Below, piece after piece: positions 63,878 through 64,000 of a stretch of DNA of 64,000 nucleotides (position 1 is its first letter; every line of letters begins with the position of its first letter). The stretch comes from Acholeplasmataceae bacterium (GTDB lineage: Bacteria; Bacillota_I; Bacilli_A; Acholeplasmatales; Acholeplasmataceae). The DNA is taken from NCBI GenBank assembly GCA_965657915.1, contig CBFHPN010000006.1:3057-67056 (forward strand), read 5' to 3'. Both the position numbers and the translations under genes were made by a program. The notes under the pieces were generated by a model. The model worked only from the letters and a program-made list of their open reading frames with translations, did no database searches and was not told where the DNA came from.

Positions 63878-64000
63878 ATGAACTTAAAATTAAACTATTT
63901 AGGTTTTATCGGATTTTTATTTCTAATTGGATTTGTTGGAATATTTGATTCAGAAGCACGATTTACTCTTTCATTTTTTGCTTCTATTGGTTATTTTAGT
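63878..64000 (+). CDS. hypothetical membrane protein, 5' fragment (continues beyond the window)
   Basis: GGAGG then ATG 63878. The frame is open to the window end: MNLKLNYLGFIGFLFLIGFVGIFDSEARFTLSFFASIGYFS. Confidence 0.5.
   Translation, partial: MNLKLNYLGFIGFLFLIGFVGIFDSEARFTLSFFASIGYFS

Noticed and set aside
1-64000. Search for tRNA/rRNA genes, CRISPR arrays, transposases, integrases or prophage blocks
   Set aside because: No intergenic region is long enough or shows T-loop/anticodon-arm-like sequence. No spaced direct-repeat array and no recombinase-like ORFs were seen. This was a by-eye scan only and should be confirmed with tRNAscan, Infernal and a CRISPR finder.

Overview
AT-rich, very gene-dense chromosomal segment using the standard code (TGA is a stop). 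About 60 genes, mostly in short operons with ATGA/GTGA overlaps, hairpin plus T-run terminators and recurrent extended -10 promoters (TGnTATAAT). Gene content suggests a low-GC monoderm, possibly an Acholeplasma-like Mollicute; this is inference only. Content in order: partial class I-type HMG-CoA reductase; a PadR module; a lysine-riboswitch-controlled amino-acid ABC importer; a small four-His membrane protein, DUF368 and an aquaporin; a MATE pump; a five-gene NqrBCDEF-like operon with no nqrA; an ABC-2 exporter plus ALDH; an ICMT-like/CrtP-like/LDH operon divergent from a Ste24-type M48 protease; an FMN riboswitch plus ribD-E-BA-H. Positions about 24.6-35.6 kb form a 'light island': FeS-type (6-4)-photolyase-like protein, Cry-DASH, a tocopherol-cyclase-family protein, a heliorhodopsin, CrtN-CrtM-class II CPD photolyase, and DUF1295/DUF2177/MscS, with a leaderless arcA inserted. 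Then arginine decarboxylase/agmatinase, pdhABCD, a lipid kinase, a cation antiporter and glpK. Next come an operon of two HTH (Rgg/RRNPP-like) paralogs plus a PD-(D/E)XK nuclease, facing a structured intergenic region with candidate micro-ORFs, and a YerC/TrpR-like protein. Two paralogous phnD-C-E-E type ABC operons each carry phased TTTACA (Pho-box-like) repeats upstream and flank DUF975, a YczE-like protein and a GH3 lipoprotein. A 5'-nucleotidase-family protein closes the window. No rRNA, tRNA, CRISPR array, transposase or integrase was recognised. The most interesting items are the heliorhodopsin-centred light island with no visible retinal pathway (only C30-type carotenoid genes), the NqrA-less Nqr/Rnf hybrid, the Pho-box-like repeats, the bis-His small membrane protein, and the regulator-regulator-nuclease locus with candidate peptide ORFs.
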